Of a DNA stretch of 64,000 bases, positions 48,579 through 59,179 are shown in pieces. The DNA comes from Candidatus Latescibacterota bacterium (GTDB lineage Bacteria; Krumholzibacteriota; Krumholzibacteriia; WVZY01): the NCBI GenBank assembly GCA_963791045.1, contig CAWBQK010000009.1:96001-160000 (forward strand). Reading direction: 5' to 3'. The position numbers were made by a program, and so were the translations under genes. Under the pieces are notes generated by a model. The model saw only the letters and a list, made by a program, of their open reading frames with translations. It was not told where the DNA came from and did not search any database. Position 1 is the stretch's first letter. Each line of letters starts with the position of its first letter.

Positions 48579-49671
48579 ATGATTTTCCTCATTGCAATGA
48601 TGGGCGTCACGCTGCCGTCGTGTCTCTTCTGGATCCGCGAGTATACGGACGCGCCGCATCTGGACGGTTACCCGATCTCTTCGCTGTCTTGCCGCCAGGT
48701 GATTCCGCCGGAGTCTACGGTGACATGGGTTGAAGCAGGCCGCGAGCGTGACAGGCGGATTCTCGCCGCCTGGTGCGCCGCCGTCGGACCCGCCGTCGTC
48801 GCTCCAGCCGCCCCAGGGGCGCCCGCCGTTCTCGATTCGCTCGCCGTTCTGAGCTGGAACGTCCATGTCGGCGGCGGCGATGTTTTGGGGTTTGTCGGGG
48901 ACCTCCGCCGGGGCGAGTTCACCGCCGGCCGGCCGGTCGATGATTTCATTATTCTCCTTCAGGAAGCCCACCACGCGGGACCGATGATCCCCGACGAAGT
49001 GTCCGACAAAATCGTCCCACGCCGTATTGTTGATGCCCCCCCAACGGGAGAGCGAATCGACATCGTGGAAGCTTCCCGTATACTCGGACTCCACTTGTTT
49101 TATGTGCCGTCGATGCGAAACGGCCCGACCGGATCGACTCCCGTACCGGAGGATCGCGGCAACGCCATTCTCTCGACCATCCCGCTTAGAAATCTCAAAG
49201 CGATGGAACTCCCCTTCGAGTTCTACAGACGGGTCAACGTGGCGGCCACCGTCAGCGGCGTGACCACCAACGGTGAACCGTGGGAGCTTCACGCGTGCAG
49301 CGTGCACCTGGCCACACGAACGGGATTCCCCCGCTATTTCGTGAGCCTGGGAACGGGCCGGCTGCGTCAGGCCAAGGCGACCGTCGCGGCGCTCCCCGAC
49401 AGCAACGTCGTCCTGGGCGGCGACTTCAACACCTGGGCGTTGGGATCGGTCGAACCCGCCCTCCATCATATCCGAAGATATTATCGCCAGCCGCTTGACC
49501 TCGACGGCAAGGGGACGACCAAGTCTCAAGTTTTTCCCCGACCGGCGGATCGATTATCTCTTCTTCCGATTGCCCGGACGCCGCACGGCGCGGTACCACC
49601 GCATCGACGACACCTATGGATCGGATCATTATCCGTTGATCGGCTGGGTGCAGCTGGCCGAACCCAAATAG
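48579..49671 (+). CDS. Endonuclease/exonuclease/phosphatase family protein, apparent frameshift near 49527
   Basis: SWNV, LQEA, GNAILS, HL and GGDFN in the annotated frame; RIDYLF and GSDHYPL continue in the +1 frame to TAG 49669-49671. Confidence 0.8.
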
Positions 49672-49840
49672 AAAACAAAAAGGATTCCACAAGCTCGGCC
49701 GCGTTTCTTCCCTCTGTCGGCTTTTCGGCACATTGAAAAACGCCCGCTTTTTTACCGGAATCGGCGCGGGCGTTTGGCGACGCGGGCGTGTGTGTATTCC
49801 CCAACGGGACGAGCGGGCGGAGGCCAGGCGCTCGAGCAAT

Positions 49841-51463
49841 CTACTTTGCGACCCTTCTGACACTCCCCACACCTACGGGGAAATTCTGCCGCTGCGGCTC
49901 GGTCAATTCGGGAACATCATCGCGGGCGTACACCCAGTACGAGCGATCGTCGAACCAGTCGTATCGCGACGACCCAAGAAGCCGGTACGCATCGAACCGA
50001 ATGTCCGAGGCCATCGCGAAATGTTCGGGGTAGAATTTCGCCACGTAAATGCTGCGCGACGGAACGATGATGAGGTATGGCCGGATGTTCGCCACATAGT
50101 CGATCGAGAATCCGTTCTTGGCAATGTAGAGATCGGTGAGCGATTCGGGGTTGATGTCGATCGTCTTGAGCCCCGAATAATACGGGATCGCGCCAACATC
50201 GCTTATCGCTATCACTTTGTCCGGCGGAACATTGGCCTTCAGCCATTTGCCGAGCGCGACCGAGCACAACTGATTGCTCGTCTCGGTTATTTTTATGATG
50301 ACGCGGAGTTCGGCGAGCACACCAAAATTGAGAACAACCACGGCGAAACCGATCAGCCAGAACGCGCGTGCGTTTTTGACGCGTTCACCGTTCTTCTCGA
50401 ACAGGGGTGAGAGGATTTGGACCGCCGGGAACAAGAGAAGCGGGACATACGGCGAGTAGTAACGCATCGCCGGCATCCAGTCCTTGAAGTTGAAATAAAA
50501 AACAAAAAACACGAGCACGAAGGCGAGGGCAATCGTTTCGACAATCTTCTGCGGCGCCGCCGATCGTGAGAATTTCAACCCGGTGAAACCGAGAATCGCG
50601 AGGGCGAGGTAGTAGTACCCCATCGGCGGGATGTAATACATGTGTTTGATAAAATAGAAATTAAAATTGGCCGACCAGATGTCGAGGAACGACCTGCCGC
50701 CCCCACCTTTTGACAAGAACGGTGTCGGGAGCCACTCGCCGAAGTAACCAAACCGCCAGAAGTGATAAACAGCGAGGACAACGACAAAACCCGCGAGCGA
50801 TACCAGCAGCTTCGATCTCCAACTGATACCCATTCCCTCTTCCCCTCGCTTGCCCCTGAGAAACCAAAACATCAGAATGGCAACGAGCGGGAACACCATC
50901 ATCCCCTCGGGCCGGCACAGCGCGAGGAGAAACGACGTTACCGCAACCCCGATCCACTCGAGCCAGCGTCCGTTTTGAAACACCGAGTCGAGCAGATACA
51001 CGAACAGAAGGAGAAGAAATGTGTAGAGCGGCATCTCCATACCGGATATGGCGTACATGACGACGGGACCCGAGCATGCGAACACGAGAAGCGGAAAGAG
51101 CATCTGCAGCGCGGGAATACCACGTCGTCTGAAAAGGGCCCAGAGCAGTGTAAGGCTGAAGACACTGATTAGCACCCCGACGACGGGCATGGATGACGGC
51201 AGATCGAAGTTAAGGATGTACACGAGCGCGCAGACAAGAATCCACAGGAAGTTGCTGTATCCCTCGACCGGCTGCTCCCCCTGGTTGAACGTCATGCCGT
51301 GGCCGTCGGCCAGGTTCTCGGCATAGCGAAAGGAGATGTAGGAGTCGTCGGGGACGTAGTCCATCATGAAGAACGAGCACGCGACACACAGGATGAGCGC
51401 GGCGAAGAGGACGATCTCCGCCGACTGTATGGATTTGAACGGTTTGTTGTTCGTTAGTGTCAT
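49841..51463 (-). CDS. Polytopic membrane protein, GT-C-type glycosyltransferase-like
   Basis: DDSYISFRYA.NL..GHG..FN.GE.PVEGYS..LW, SGME, RPEG, RYY; C-terminal GAIPYYS...ID. Confidence 0.7.
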   Translation of the reverse strand: MTLTNNKPFKSIQSAEIVLFAALILCVACSFFMMDYVPDDSYISFRYAENLADGHGMTFNQGEQPVEGYSNFLWILVCALVYILNFDLPSSMPVVGVLISVFSLTLLWALFRRRGIPALQMLFPLLVFACSGPVVMYAISGMEMPLYTFLLLLFVYLLDSVFQNGRWLEWIGVAVTSFLLALCRPEGMMVFPLVAILMFWFLRGKRGEEGMGISWRSKLLVSLAGFVVVLAVYHFWRFGYFGEWLPTPFLSKGGGGRSFLDIWSANFNFYFIKHMYYIPPMGYYYLALAILGFTGLKFSRSAAPQKIVETIALAFVLVFFVFYFNFKDWMPAMRYYSPYVPLLLFPAVQILSPLFEKNGERVKNARAFWLIGFAVVVLNFGVLAELRVIIKITETSNQLCSVALGKWLKANVPPDKVIAISDVGAIPYYSGLKTIDINPESLTDLYIAKNGFSIDYVANIRPYLIIVPSRSIYVAKFYPEHFAMASDIRFDAYRLLGSSRYDWFDDRSYWVYARDDVPELTEPQRQNFPVGVGSVRRVAK

Positions 51464-51540
51464 AATTGTAGTGAGTATTTACGATAACTCGTTTTGTGTC
51501 AATCGCCTTAAGGACCGTCGCCTGTATCGATAGCCCAAGA

Positions 51541-51901
51541 GAGGACGGCACGGTCTTCCTCCAGCCCTCGCCATGATTGTACGGCACGGGTCCTGTCATC
51601 GGTCACCCTGAGCGAAGCGAAGTGCGGGATGTAGAGCTAAAATGCTTCAGCCACCTTCATGGTAAGCCCGCGCTTGGCTCACGCCTGCGGTGAGGGAAGT
51701 GCCTTGCACGACAACCCGCACCTCTCGCTTAAGCTTCGTGCGCGGGGGCCCCACCGATGCCACCCGTGCCTGCTCTTGAAGAGGACGGTCCGGTCTTTCG
51801 AAAGGCCCTTTCGCGGGAGCGAGCGAGAATCCACCGTCGGCGTAGCCGGCGGTTAGTCGAGCGAAGCGGAGCGAGGGCCAGAGAAAGACCGTACCGTCAT
51901 C
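51541..51901. mobile_element. Non-autonomous MITE/REPIN-like element
   Basis: 31-bp imperfect inverted repeats (51541-51571 vs 51871-51901, 26/31 identical), a third related copy at 51781-51814, and GAGCGAAGCG motifs; no credible ORF. Confidence 0.55.
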
Positions 51902-51992
51902 AGTATGGCGTTCCGACCGACCCGCACCGGCATCAAGACAGTGATTGCATCGGAGGCGGGCGTATATATAATAGACGGCACATGGGACTGAT

Positions 51993-53108
51993 ATGAAAAA
52001 CCAACCGCCATATCGCATTCTGATTTCCGACACCATCCGTGTATGGGGTGGGGCACAACGATTTATTCTCGAGCTTGCCGAGGGGCTCGCCGCGCGCGGG
52101 CACTATGTCGCGATACAGACGTTTCCCGGTTCGCCGCTCGCCGTTCGTGCGCGTGAGCATGGTCTGCCCGTCTTCGAAGTGGCTTCGCGTGTCGATGCGG
52201 CGCCGTGGACGGTGCTTCCGCTTGCGTGGAAGTTTCGCCGCGACCCTTACGATTTCGTCATCACAACGTTCGACAAGGATCTGCGCACGACGGGGCTAGC
52301 CGCGCGTCTCGCGGGCGGTGGCGCCACCGTGATACATACACGCGAGTGTGACGATCCCGTCAAAAACAAGGCGCGGTACCGGTGGTTTTATACGAAAGTC
52401 GCACACCACATCATAGTCAACAGCAAGGCGACGCAGAAAACCACGCTCGACTCGGCTCCGTGGCTTCCCAAGGAGCGAACGAGCATTCTCTACAAAGGAA
52501 TCGATCTGTCCGAGTACGATCCGCTCGATCCCGCCGACTGGCCGGAGAAACTCAACCCCAACGGCGATCGTGTTGTTATTGGTTACGCCGGTCAGCTTAT
52601 CGGCCGGAAGCGTCTCGATGTCGTGATGCGGCTTCTCGCCAGACCCGAGTTCGATGATCTTCCGTGGACACTCGCCGTCGCCGGCACGGGTCCCGACGAG
52701 GCAAAACTACACGAACTTGCCAAACAACTAAAAATCGACGATCGAGTGATCTTCAACGGTTTTGTGACGGGCGTTCATCGGTGGATGTGCGCGATCGATA
52801 TTTTCATCCTCCCTTCTTTTATAGAAGGATTCGGGTACGTCCTTGCCGAAGCGGGCGCCGCCGGAAAACCGTCCGTGGCTTACCGTGCGAGCAGCATCCC
52901 CGAAGTTGTCGCCGAAAACAAAACGGCGTTTCTCGCCGCCGAGGGGGACGACGACGAATTCGCCGCGCACTTGAAAACACTCGTCACCGACTCTGACCTG
53001 CGCCGTCAGATGGGCGCCGCGGCGCGCAGAGACGCATTCGAACGCCACGGCCTCGACAAGATGATCGACCGCACCGAGGAAATACTCGGCAACCTCGCGA
53101 AACTATAA
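51993..53108 (+). CDS. Glycosyltransferase family 4 (GT-B)
   Basis: GGAQR...LA..L..RGH, KGID, EGFGYVLAEA...GKP.V, PEVV. Confidence 0.92.
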   Translation: MKNQPPYRILISDTIRVWGGAQRFILELAEGLAARGHYVAIQTFPGSPLAVRAREHGLPVFEVASRVDAAPWTVLPLAWKFRRDPYDFVITTFDKDLRTTGLAARLAGGGATVIHTRECDDPVKNKARYRWFYTKVAHHIIVNSKATQKTTLDSAPWLPKERTSILYKGIDLSEYDPLDPADWPEKLNPNGDRVVIGYAGQLIGRKRLDVVMRLLARPEFDDLPWTLAVAGTGPDEAKLHELAKQLKIDDRVIFNGFVTGVHRWMCAIDIFILPSFIEGFGYVLAEAGAAGKPSVAYRASSIPEVVAENKTAFLAAEGDDDEFAAHLKTLVTDSDLRRQMGAAARRDAFERHGLDKMIDRTEEILGNLAKL

Positions 53109-53124
53109 ATCCGTAAAAAATCTC

Positions 53125-54225
53125 TTAAGGGACGGGGCGCCAGTGCGGATAACGGTTGGGGCCATTGGCGGTGATGATCTTCACTCCGGAGCCGTCTGTT
53201 GCGGCCACGTATATCTCCTTGACATAACCGGCCCTGCCGTTGAATGCGATATAGCGGCCATCGGGGGAGAGATCGGGGAAGACATCGCGGACATCGAACT
53301 GATTTTGCGAGAAAATCTCGTGTGGATGTTTGCCCTGCGGAGAGATCGAGACAAGTTTGTATTTGCCATCGGAGTTGCTCATCAGTGTGTTGTACATTGA
53401 ACGCCTGTCTTCACGTCCCGAAAGATAAACAATGTGCTCCGCCCCGGGCACCCAACCCACCCAATAGATGCCATTCGACACCGAGGCAATCTTCTCGACT
53501 TTTTTTGTGGCAACGATCATAACAAACAACTCGTGTCCCACCGAAAAGACGAGTCTGTCCCCGTTCTCGGAAAACGCCATTGCGTAGATCTGCCGACCGC
53601 CAAATTGAGGAACCAACTCGGGGTCGAGTATCGTCTCACGCGCGCCCGTCGTTCTCGATACAAAGAAAATGTTATCGCCGTTCGAATACGCCACGCTTTC
53701 GCCGTCCGGCGTTAGTGCCATCACGAACACCCGATCGCCCTCGACGAGATACTCGCGCTCTCCCTTGAGCGAGATTCGTTCGATCCCCGAATTGAGTGGC
53801 ACCAGGATCGACTCGCTCCCCGGTTCCCAGAGCGGCGGCGCCACATAATCGGTCATGAGCTTGTGATCGAGATCGAACTGGGGCATCGGGAAATCACGGA
53901 TCGCCACCTCATCGCCCTCATACCAGGCGGCGACAAGCGTGACATTTATCGAGCTTACGGGCAGGCTTGAACCACCCACGTCGAAAACGACCACCTTTTC
54001 CCCATCCGGTGAGAAGCGCGGTGTTATTGTCGCCGTCTCCGACCAGAAAAGCGACCTTGGGTCGCTCCCGTCGGCCGATGCAATAACGATCTCTTTGTAT
54101 TTGTGACTGAAAACCAGGTCATTCTCGGTATCAACCTCGAGACCGAGATACACGCCGCTCTGCCAGCTGCACCCCAAAAACCACGAGACCACCAGAAGGA
54201 GCACGGCCAGAAAGATTGGTTTCAT
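53125..54225 (-). CDS. TolB-like beta-propeller lipoprotein (PD40 repeats)
   Basis: Lipobox FLGC; PRFSPDG, LTPDG, FSENG, LSPDGRYIAF, EIYV..TDGS, PHWRP. Confidence 0.78.
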   Translation of the reverse strand: MKPIFLAVLLLVVSWFLGCSWQSGVYLGLEVDTENDLVFSHKYKEIVIASADGSDPRSLFWSETATITPRFSPDGEKVVVFDVGGSSLPVSSINVTLVAAWYEGDEVAIRDFPMPQFDLDHKLMTDYVAPPLWEPGSESILVPLNSGIERISLKGEREYLVEGDRVFVMALTPDGESVAYSNGDNIFFVSRTTGARETILDPELVPQFGGRQIYAMAFSENGDRLVFSVGHELFVMIVATKKVEKIASVSNGIYWVGWVPGAEHIVYLSGREDRRSMYNTLMSNSDGKYKLVSISPQGKHPHEIFSQNQFDVRDVFPDLSPDGRYIAFNGRAGYVKEIYVAATDGSGVKIITANGPNRYPHWRPVP

Positions 54226-54359
54226 GTCGGTCAAACGTCGCATGGCATTAGTCTACAGAATACGGCGGCCTGTTCCCAAGGAAAACAAATTGATATCATG
54301 GTTGAGGTTAAGTACCATTCGAACCATCCCTCAACACGTTCATGGAGGAATATTCACTC

Positions 54360-55777
54360 ATGCGGCGTTCAACACCAGATACTTTTTTGCTCGTCATAAT
54401 ATTCTTGCCGTCGGATTGATGTTCTCGGCGGCCTGCTCCACCACCGATGAATCCGCCGCGCCGGCATCGAAAAAGCCAAATATCATATTCATACTCGCCG
54501 ACGATCTCGGGTGGGGTGACGTCGGGTATTACGGAAGCGAAATCAAAACACCGGTCATCGACAAGCTTGCCGAAACCGGAGTGCGCTTTGACCAGTTCTA
54601 TGCATCGTCTGTATGCTCCCCCACGCGGGCATGTTTTATGACGGGGCGTTATACATTGCGTTACGGTCTTCAAACAGGCGTCATCCGGCCATGGGCGGAG
54701 TTTGGCCTGCCGGCGGATGAACACACACTTGCCGACGTCATGAAACGCTCGGGGTACGCAACGTCTATTTGTGGCAAGTGGCATCTCGGTCACGCGGGGC
54801 GTGAGTACATCCCCACAGAACGAGGCTTTGACCATGCGTACGGTCACTACAATGGTGCGATTGATTATTTCACCCATATCCGTGACGGTGGCCTCGACTG
54901 GCATCGGAACGACGGTCCGCTCGATGAGGACGGGTACTCGACCACGCTAATCGCGCGCGAGGCATGCCGCGTGATCGACGAGCACGTCACGTCGTCGCCG
55001 CTCTTCATGTACGTGTCGTTCAATGCGCCGCACTTCCCTCTCCAGGCTCCTCAGGAATATATCGACCGTTACAAAAACATAAGTCATCCCGGCCGTCGGA
55101 CGTACGCGGCCATGGTCAGCGCGATGGACGACGCGATCGGCGACATTCTCAAAGCGCTCGACAAAAAGAAAATAAGAAAAAACACGCTCGTCGTCTTTTG
55201 CAGCGACAATGGCGGTGACCTTCAGATATCGAGCAACGGCCGTTTCCGTGGCGGAAAGAGGGATCTGTACGAGGGTGGTATCCGCGTGCCGGCAATCGCC
55301 CACTGGCCCGGAGTGCTCACACCACGCGTGGTCAATACGCCGATCCATATGGTCGATATGTTTCCGACGTTTGTCGGACTCGCCGGCGGCGCGATCGATC
55401 CATTGAAATCGTCCGACGGCGTCGATGTATGGCCGACGATTAAAACAGGTGTTCCAACGGGACGTAAAGAACTCGCCCTTGACGTATCACAACTGAGAGG
55501 CGCAATCCGAATTGGCGATTGGAAACTCGTATACAACGGACACCTTAAAGCCACCGACCTCGACAAGAACGGTCCCGACCGCTGGGAGCTTTTTAACATT
55601 GCCGCCGACCCGTATGAAGAGAACGACCTTGCGTCAGTGAATTCGGAACAAGTAGCCGAGATGCAAGACCGGCTCGATTACTATATTGGGAAGGCCGCCC
55701 CCCCGCAATTCGCTCCCAACGAACCACCGCAGGATTACAAACCGCCGCGTTTCTGGGCGCGTTTTATTGACGACTGA
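54360..55777 (+). CDS. Arylsulfatase (Cys-type formylglycine sulfatase), probable lipoprotein; 5' frame ambiguity
   Basis: PNIIFILADDLG, CSPTR, GKWHLG, APH.P, SDNGG, EGGIRVP; lipobox FSAAC. The RBS-associated ATG 54360 is out of frame; in-frame ATG at 54419. Confidence 0.9.
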
Positions 55778-56136
55778 CTATATTTCACGTCTTTCTTCCC
55801 TCCATGTTTGTACTCCTTGTCGTTGTGCGTTCTGCACGCGGTCAATATCTATTTGGCCGCAATCGACCACGTGCTTAATGCGCATGGCAAATATCCCACA
55901 ATGTAATTGGCCGGAAACAGCCCATTGGTATGGGAACATCTCTGTGTGACCCGAACGCACGCGCAATCTTGAGAAGCATACGTGCATACCCGTGGCCCTC
56001 ACGTACGTCACCGGGCACGTGCGTTGCTGCATCCCCGCAACGCAAGACTAAATCAACCAAACATCTTTGATTTTACGCAGATAATTTTACTGTGGTTTTT
56101 GTGCGTCTGGACATTCAACCAAAGCAGGTGACGGCC

Positions 56137-59100
56137 GTGCGAAGAGTTTCCCAACAACACAGAGCATTCCGCATCATGTTACTCGCGGGTCTCGTTGGAC
56201 TTATCGCCGTAATGGGGAGCGCCGATAGTTTTGCATACACAAAACTCCAGGTGCTTCTTCCGGGCGAGACCGCCGACCCAGGAACGACAACGGGAAAAAC
56301 TGGATCGGCGCGCACACAAACGGTGGGACTCCCGTTCAACGTCCGCGTTCGCGCGTGCGATGATGCGTGGTATACGGATCCGACCGTCACCAACGTTGTC
56401 CGGCTCGGATCGACCGATGAGAGCGCGACGCTCCCCGGTCCGACATCACTCGTCGCGGGTGAAGTGCAACTCACCGTGGTGTTGAACTCGGCCGGAACAT
56501 TCACTTTCTCGGCGACCGATGATTCCGACGGGACGATTCCCGAAGCGGTTTCAACCACGGTCCGGGCGTATGCAATTCAGGGTTTCGAGTTTTCATCGAT
56601 CAACCAAAAGAACCAGTACGCCGGTCAGTCCATGCCGATCACGCTTTGGGCCTTAGACGCGAACGGAAACGTGGTGACCGGTTTTTCCGGACAGGTTCGT
56701 CTTGTCGAGATCACCAGCTACGGCGAAGGACGGATTTCACCCGATGTCGTGACGCTCTCGGGCGGCCAGTGGTCGGGCAGCTTGACAATGTATCGCGCCG
56801 ACGAGACGAGCATCAACCGGGGCAACGTTAACATCTATGCGTTTCTCGACGCCGATCAAACAAAGAACGGGACAAGTGATCCTTTTACCGTTCACCCCGG
56901 CACTCTCGCGCGGGTCCAGGTGGTCGCTCCCGGGCAGAGCCCCCTGCCGGGAAGCGTGAGTGGAGTCACCGGAGTCCCGGCGAGCCAGAGCGCCGGACAG
57001 GCGTTCACCGTCGACGTGTTTTCAACCGACGCGTATTGGAATCCGTTGCCGAGTACCGACATTGTCCGAATTACATCGTCGGACGGCGCGGCGAGCACAC
57101 CGGTATCCGGCGCGCTCGTCGACGGACACCGGCAGTTCTCGCTCTCGCTCGGAACAGTAGGAACACAGACGCTATCGGTTTCGGATCAGACGAACGGATC
57201 GATACAGGGGATGACGACCGCCCCAATTCCCGTGATCCCGAGCGCGCCGCACCACTTCGCAATCTCGACGATTTCCTCGCCGATTACGGCGGGTGATCCA
57301 GTCGCGGTAACAATCCGCGCGGTCGATGTAACGGGGAACACGATCCCCGATTACGACGGGAACGGCGTCCTGTCAGCCAATACCGGTCCGGCGAGTATCT
57401 CGCCCGAAGCGATTCAATTCTCGAATGGCGCGTGGTCGGGGGACATGGTGTTCAAGGGGGCCGGCGGCGCCGTTTCGTTCAACTGTTCGGACTTCTCTTC
57501 CCCGCCTCATATCGGAACGAGCAACAATTTTGAGGTGCTTCCCGGACCGTACATGGGGCTCCAGGTGCTTCTTGAAGGTCAGTCTCCACGTGGCGGGACG
57601 CAGGCGGGATACGAGGGCTCGCCGGACGATCAAAATGCCGGATCAGCATTCACAGTGACCGTCCGCGCCGTCGATGAGTTCTGGAACCGCGTACCCGGGA
57701 TCGACAACTCGATCTCGCTCCTCTCATCCGACGCCTTTGCCGATATGCCGGACGACACCGTCCTCCAGAACGGCGAGCTCGCGTTCCCCGTCACGCTCTA
57801 CCGCGTGGGGCATCAGACGATTACGGCGACCGACATCGATTCATCGACGATTGCATCGCACACATCGTCCCAGGTCAACATTCTTCCCGGTCCGTACGAA
57901 CGGATCGTCATCGTTGCCCCCGGGCAGACGATCGCGCCGGGGTCCGAGGAAGGACGGACGGGCGAGGCGACCGACCAGTCGATCAATTATGCGTTCACCG
58001 TGTCGGTATACGCGACCGACGCCTGGTTCAACCCAGTCGGCGCCGTGACCGACGTCATCAATATCACATCCAACGATCTTCTAGCCGAACTTCCGCCCGA
58101 CGCGACGATGGTCGACGGGCGCGTCGACCTGAGCATTCGTCTTTCGACCGGCGGATACCAGCAGATCACCGCGACCAACGTAACACAGCCCCTCATGCCG
58201 GCAAGCACCACAGAGGTGCGTGCGATATCAAGCGGATTCCATCTGGAAGCGGAAGTAACACCTACGACCCTTCAGGCCGGCGATCCGTTCGAGCTTACTG
58301 TCAAAGTGACAAACGACGCGGGAAGCGTAATACAGGAAATCAATTCGACTGTGACCGTCGAGATCCAGAACGCCGCAACGCAGGAGCCGGGTCGCGGGAT
58401 ACTCGAGAGCACAGAATTCCAGCTTCTCCAGGGGCAGCGGACGGTGACCGAATCCTACACGTTCGCCGAACAGATCGTTCTCGTGATCCATGACGACGCG
58501 GGGAATTCACCCGCGGTGACCGAAGTCATCACTGTGCTCCCCGGTCCACCGGCCTCGATTGCGCTTTCGAGCGATCCGCCGTGGGTTCGCGGCAACAAAC
58601 ACGCGACGATCTCCGCCGCCGTGCTCGACCAGTTCGAAAACGGTGTCCCTGATCAGGTCGTCGTCTTCGATCTCTTGAGCGGAATGGGGACGCTTTCACC
58701 AATCGATTCCGCAACCGCGAGCGACGGGGTCGCCCGCGCGGATTTCCTCAGCCCCCGCGAACCCGAGATCGGACGGATTCGCGCTACGTCGAACGGCATC
58801 GCCTCCGAAATGGATATCGAGACCGCCCTCGTCGATCCCAACAAGCCCGGCGGGACGGTGACGAACTACTCCGAACCCATTCCATCCCGGAGAAGCGCCG
58901 ACAACCATCGCGTACAAACTCTCCGACGACGCACGCGTGACGATGAAGATCTACACGCTGATGGGCGGCCTGGTGTTCGAGAAAGTTTTCGACCTCGGCG
59001 GAGAAGGCGGACGTACCGGGCTCAACGAATTCCAGTGGGACGGACGTAACGGAGAGAACGAACTCGTCGCCAGCGGCGGATACGTTCTGGTGATCGAAGC

Positions 59101-59158
59101 AAAGGGCGAGGGTGAAACCATACACAACATGCGCCGCAAGATCGCGGTCGTGCGCTAG
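56137..59158 (+). CDS. Large secreted Ig-like repeat protein with FlgD-type C-terminal domain; frameshift at ~58870
   Basis: Signal peptide (SFA); repeated Ig-like modules; after TNY the shifted frame reads PNPFHPGEAPTTIAY...IYTLMGGLV...WDGRN...VASGGY...RKIAVVR* (joins ORF 58937..59158). Confidence 0.8.
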
Positions 59159-59179
59159 AGAAGCGACCAAGGAGGCCTC

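Noticed and set aside
51600-51960. tRNA, tmRNA, SRP, RNase P or 6S RNA in the long intergenic region
   Set aside because: No diagnostic motifs recognised on either strand by eye; an Rfam scan is still advisable.
55880-55940. c-di-GMP-I riboswitch (GGCAAA ... GAAA)
   Set aside because: The downstream GACGCAAAG-like segment and P2 geometry do not match.
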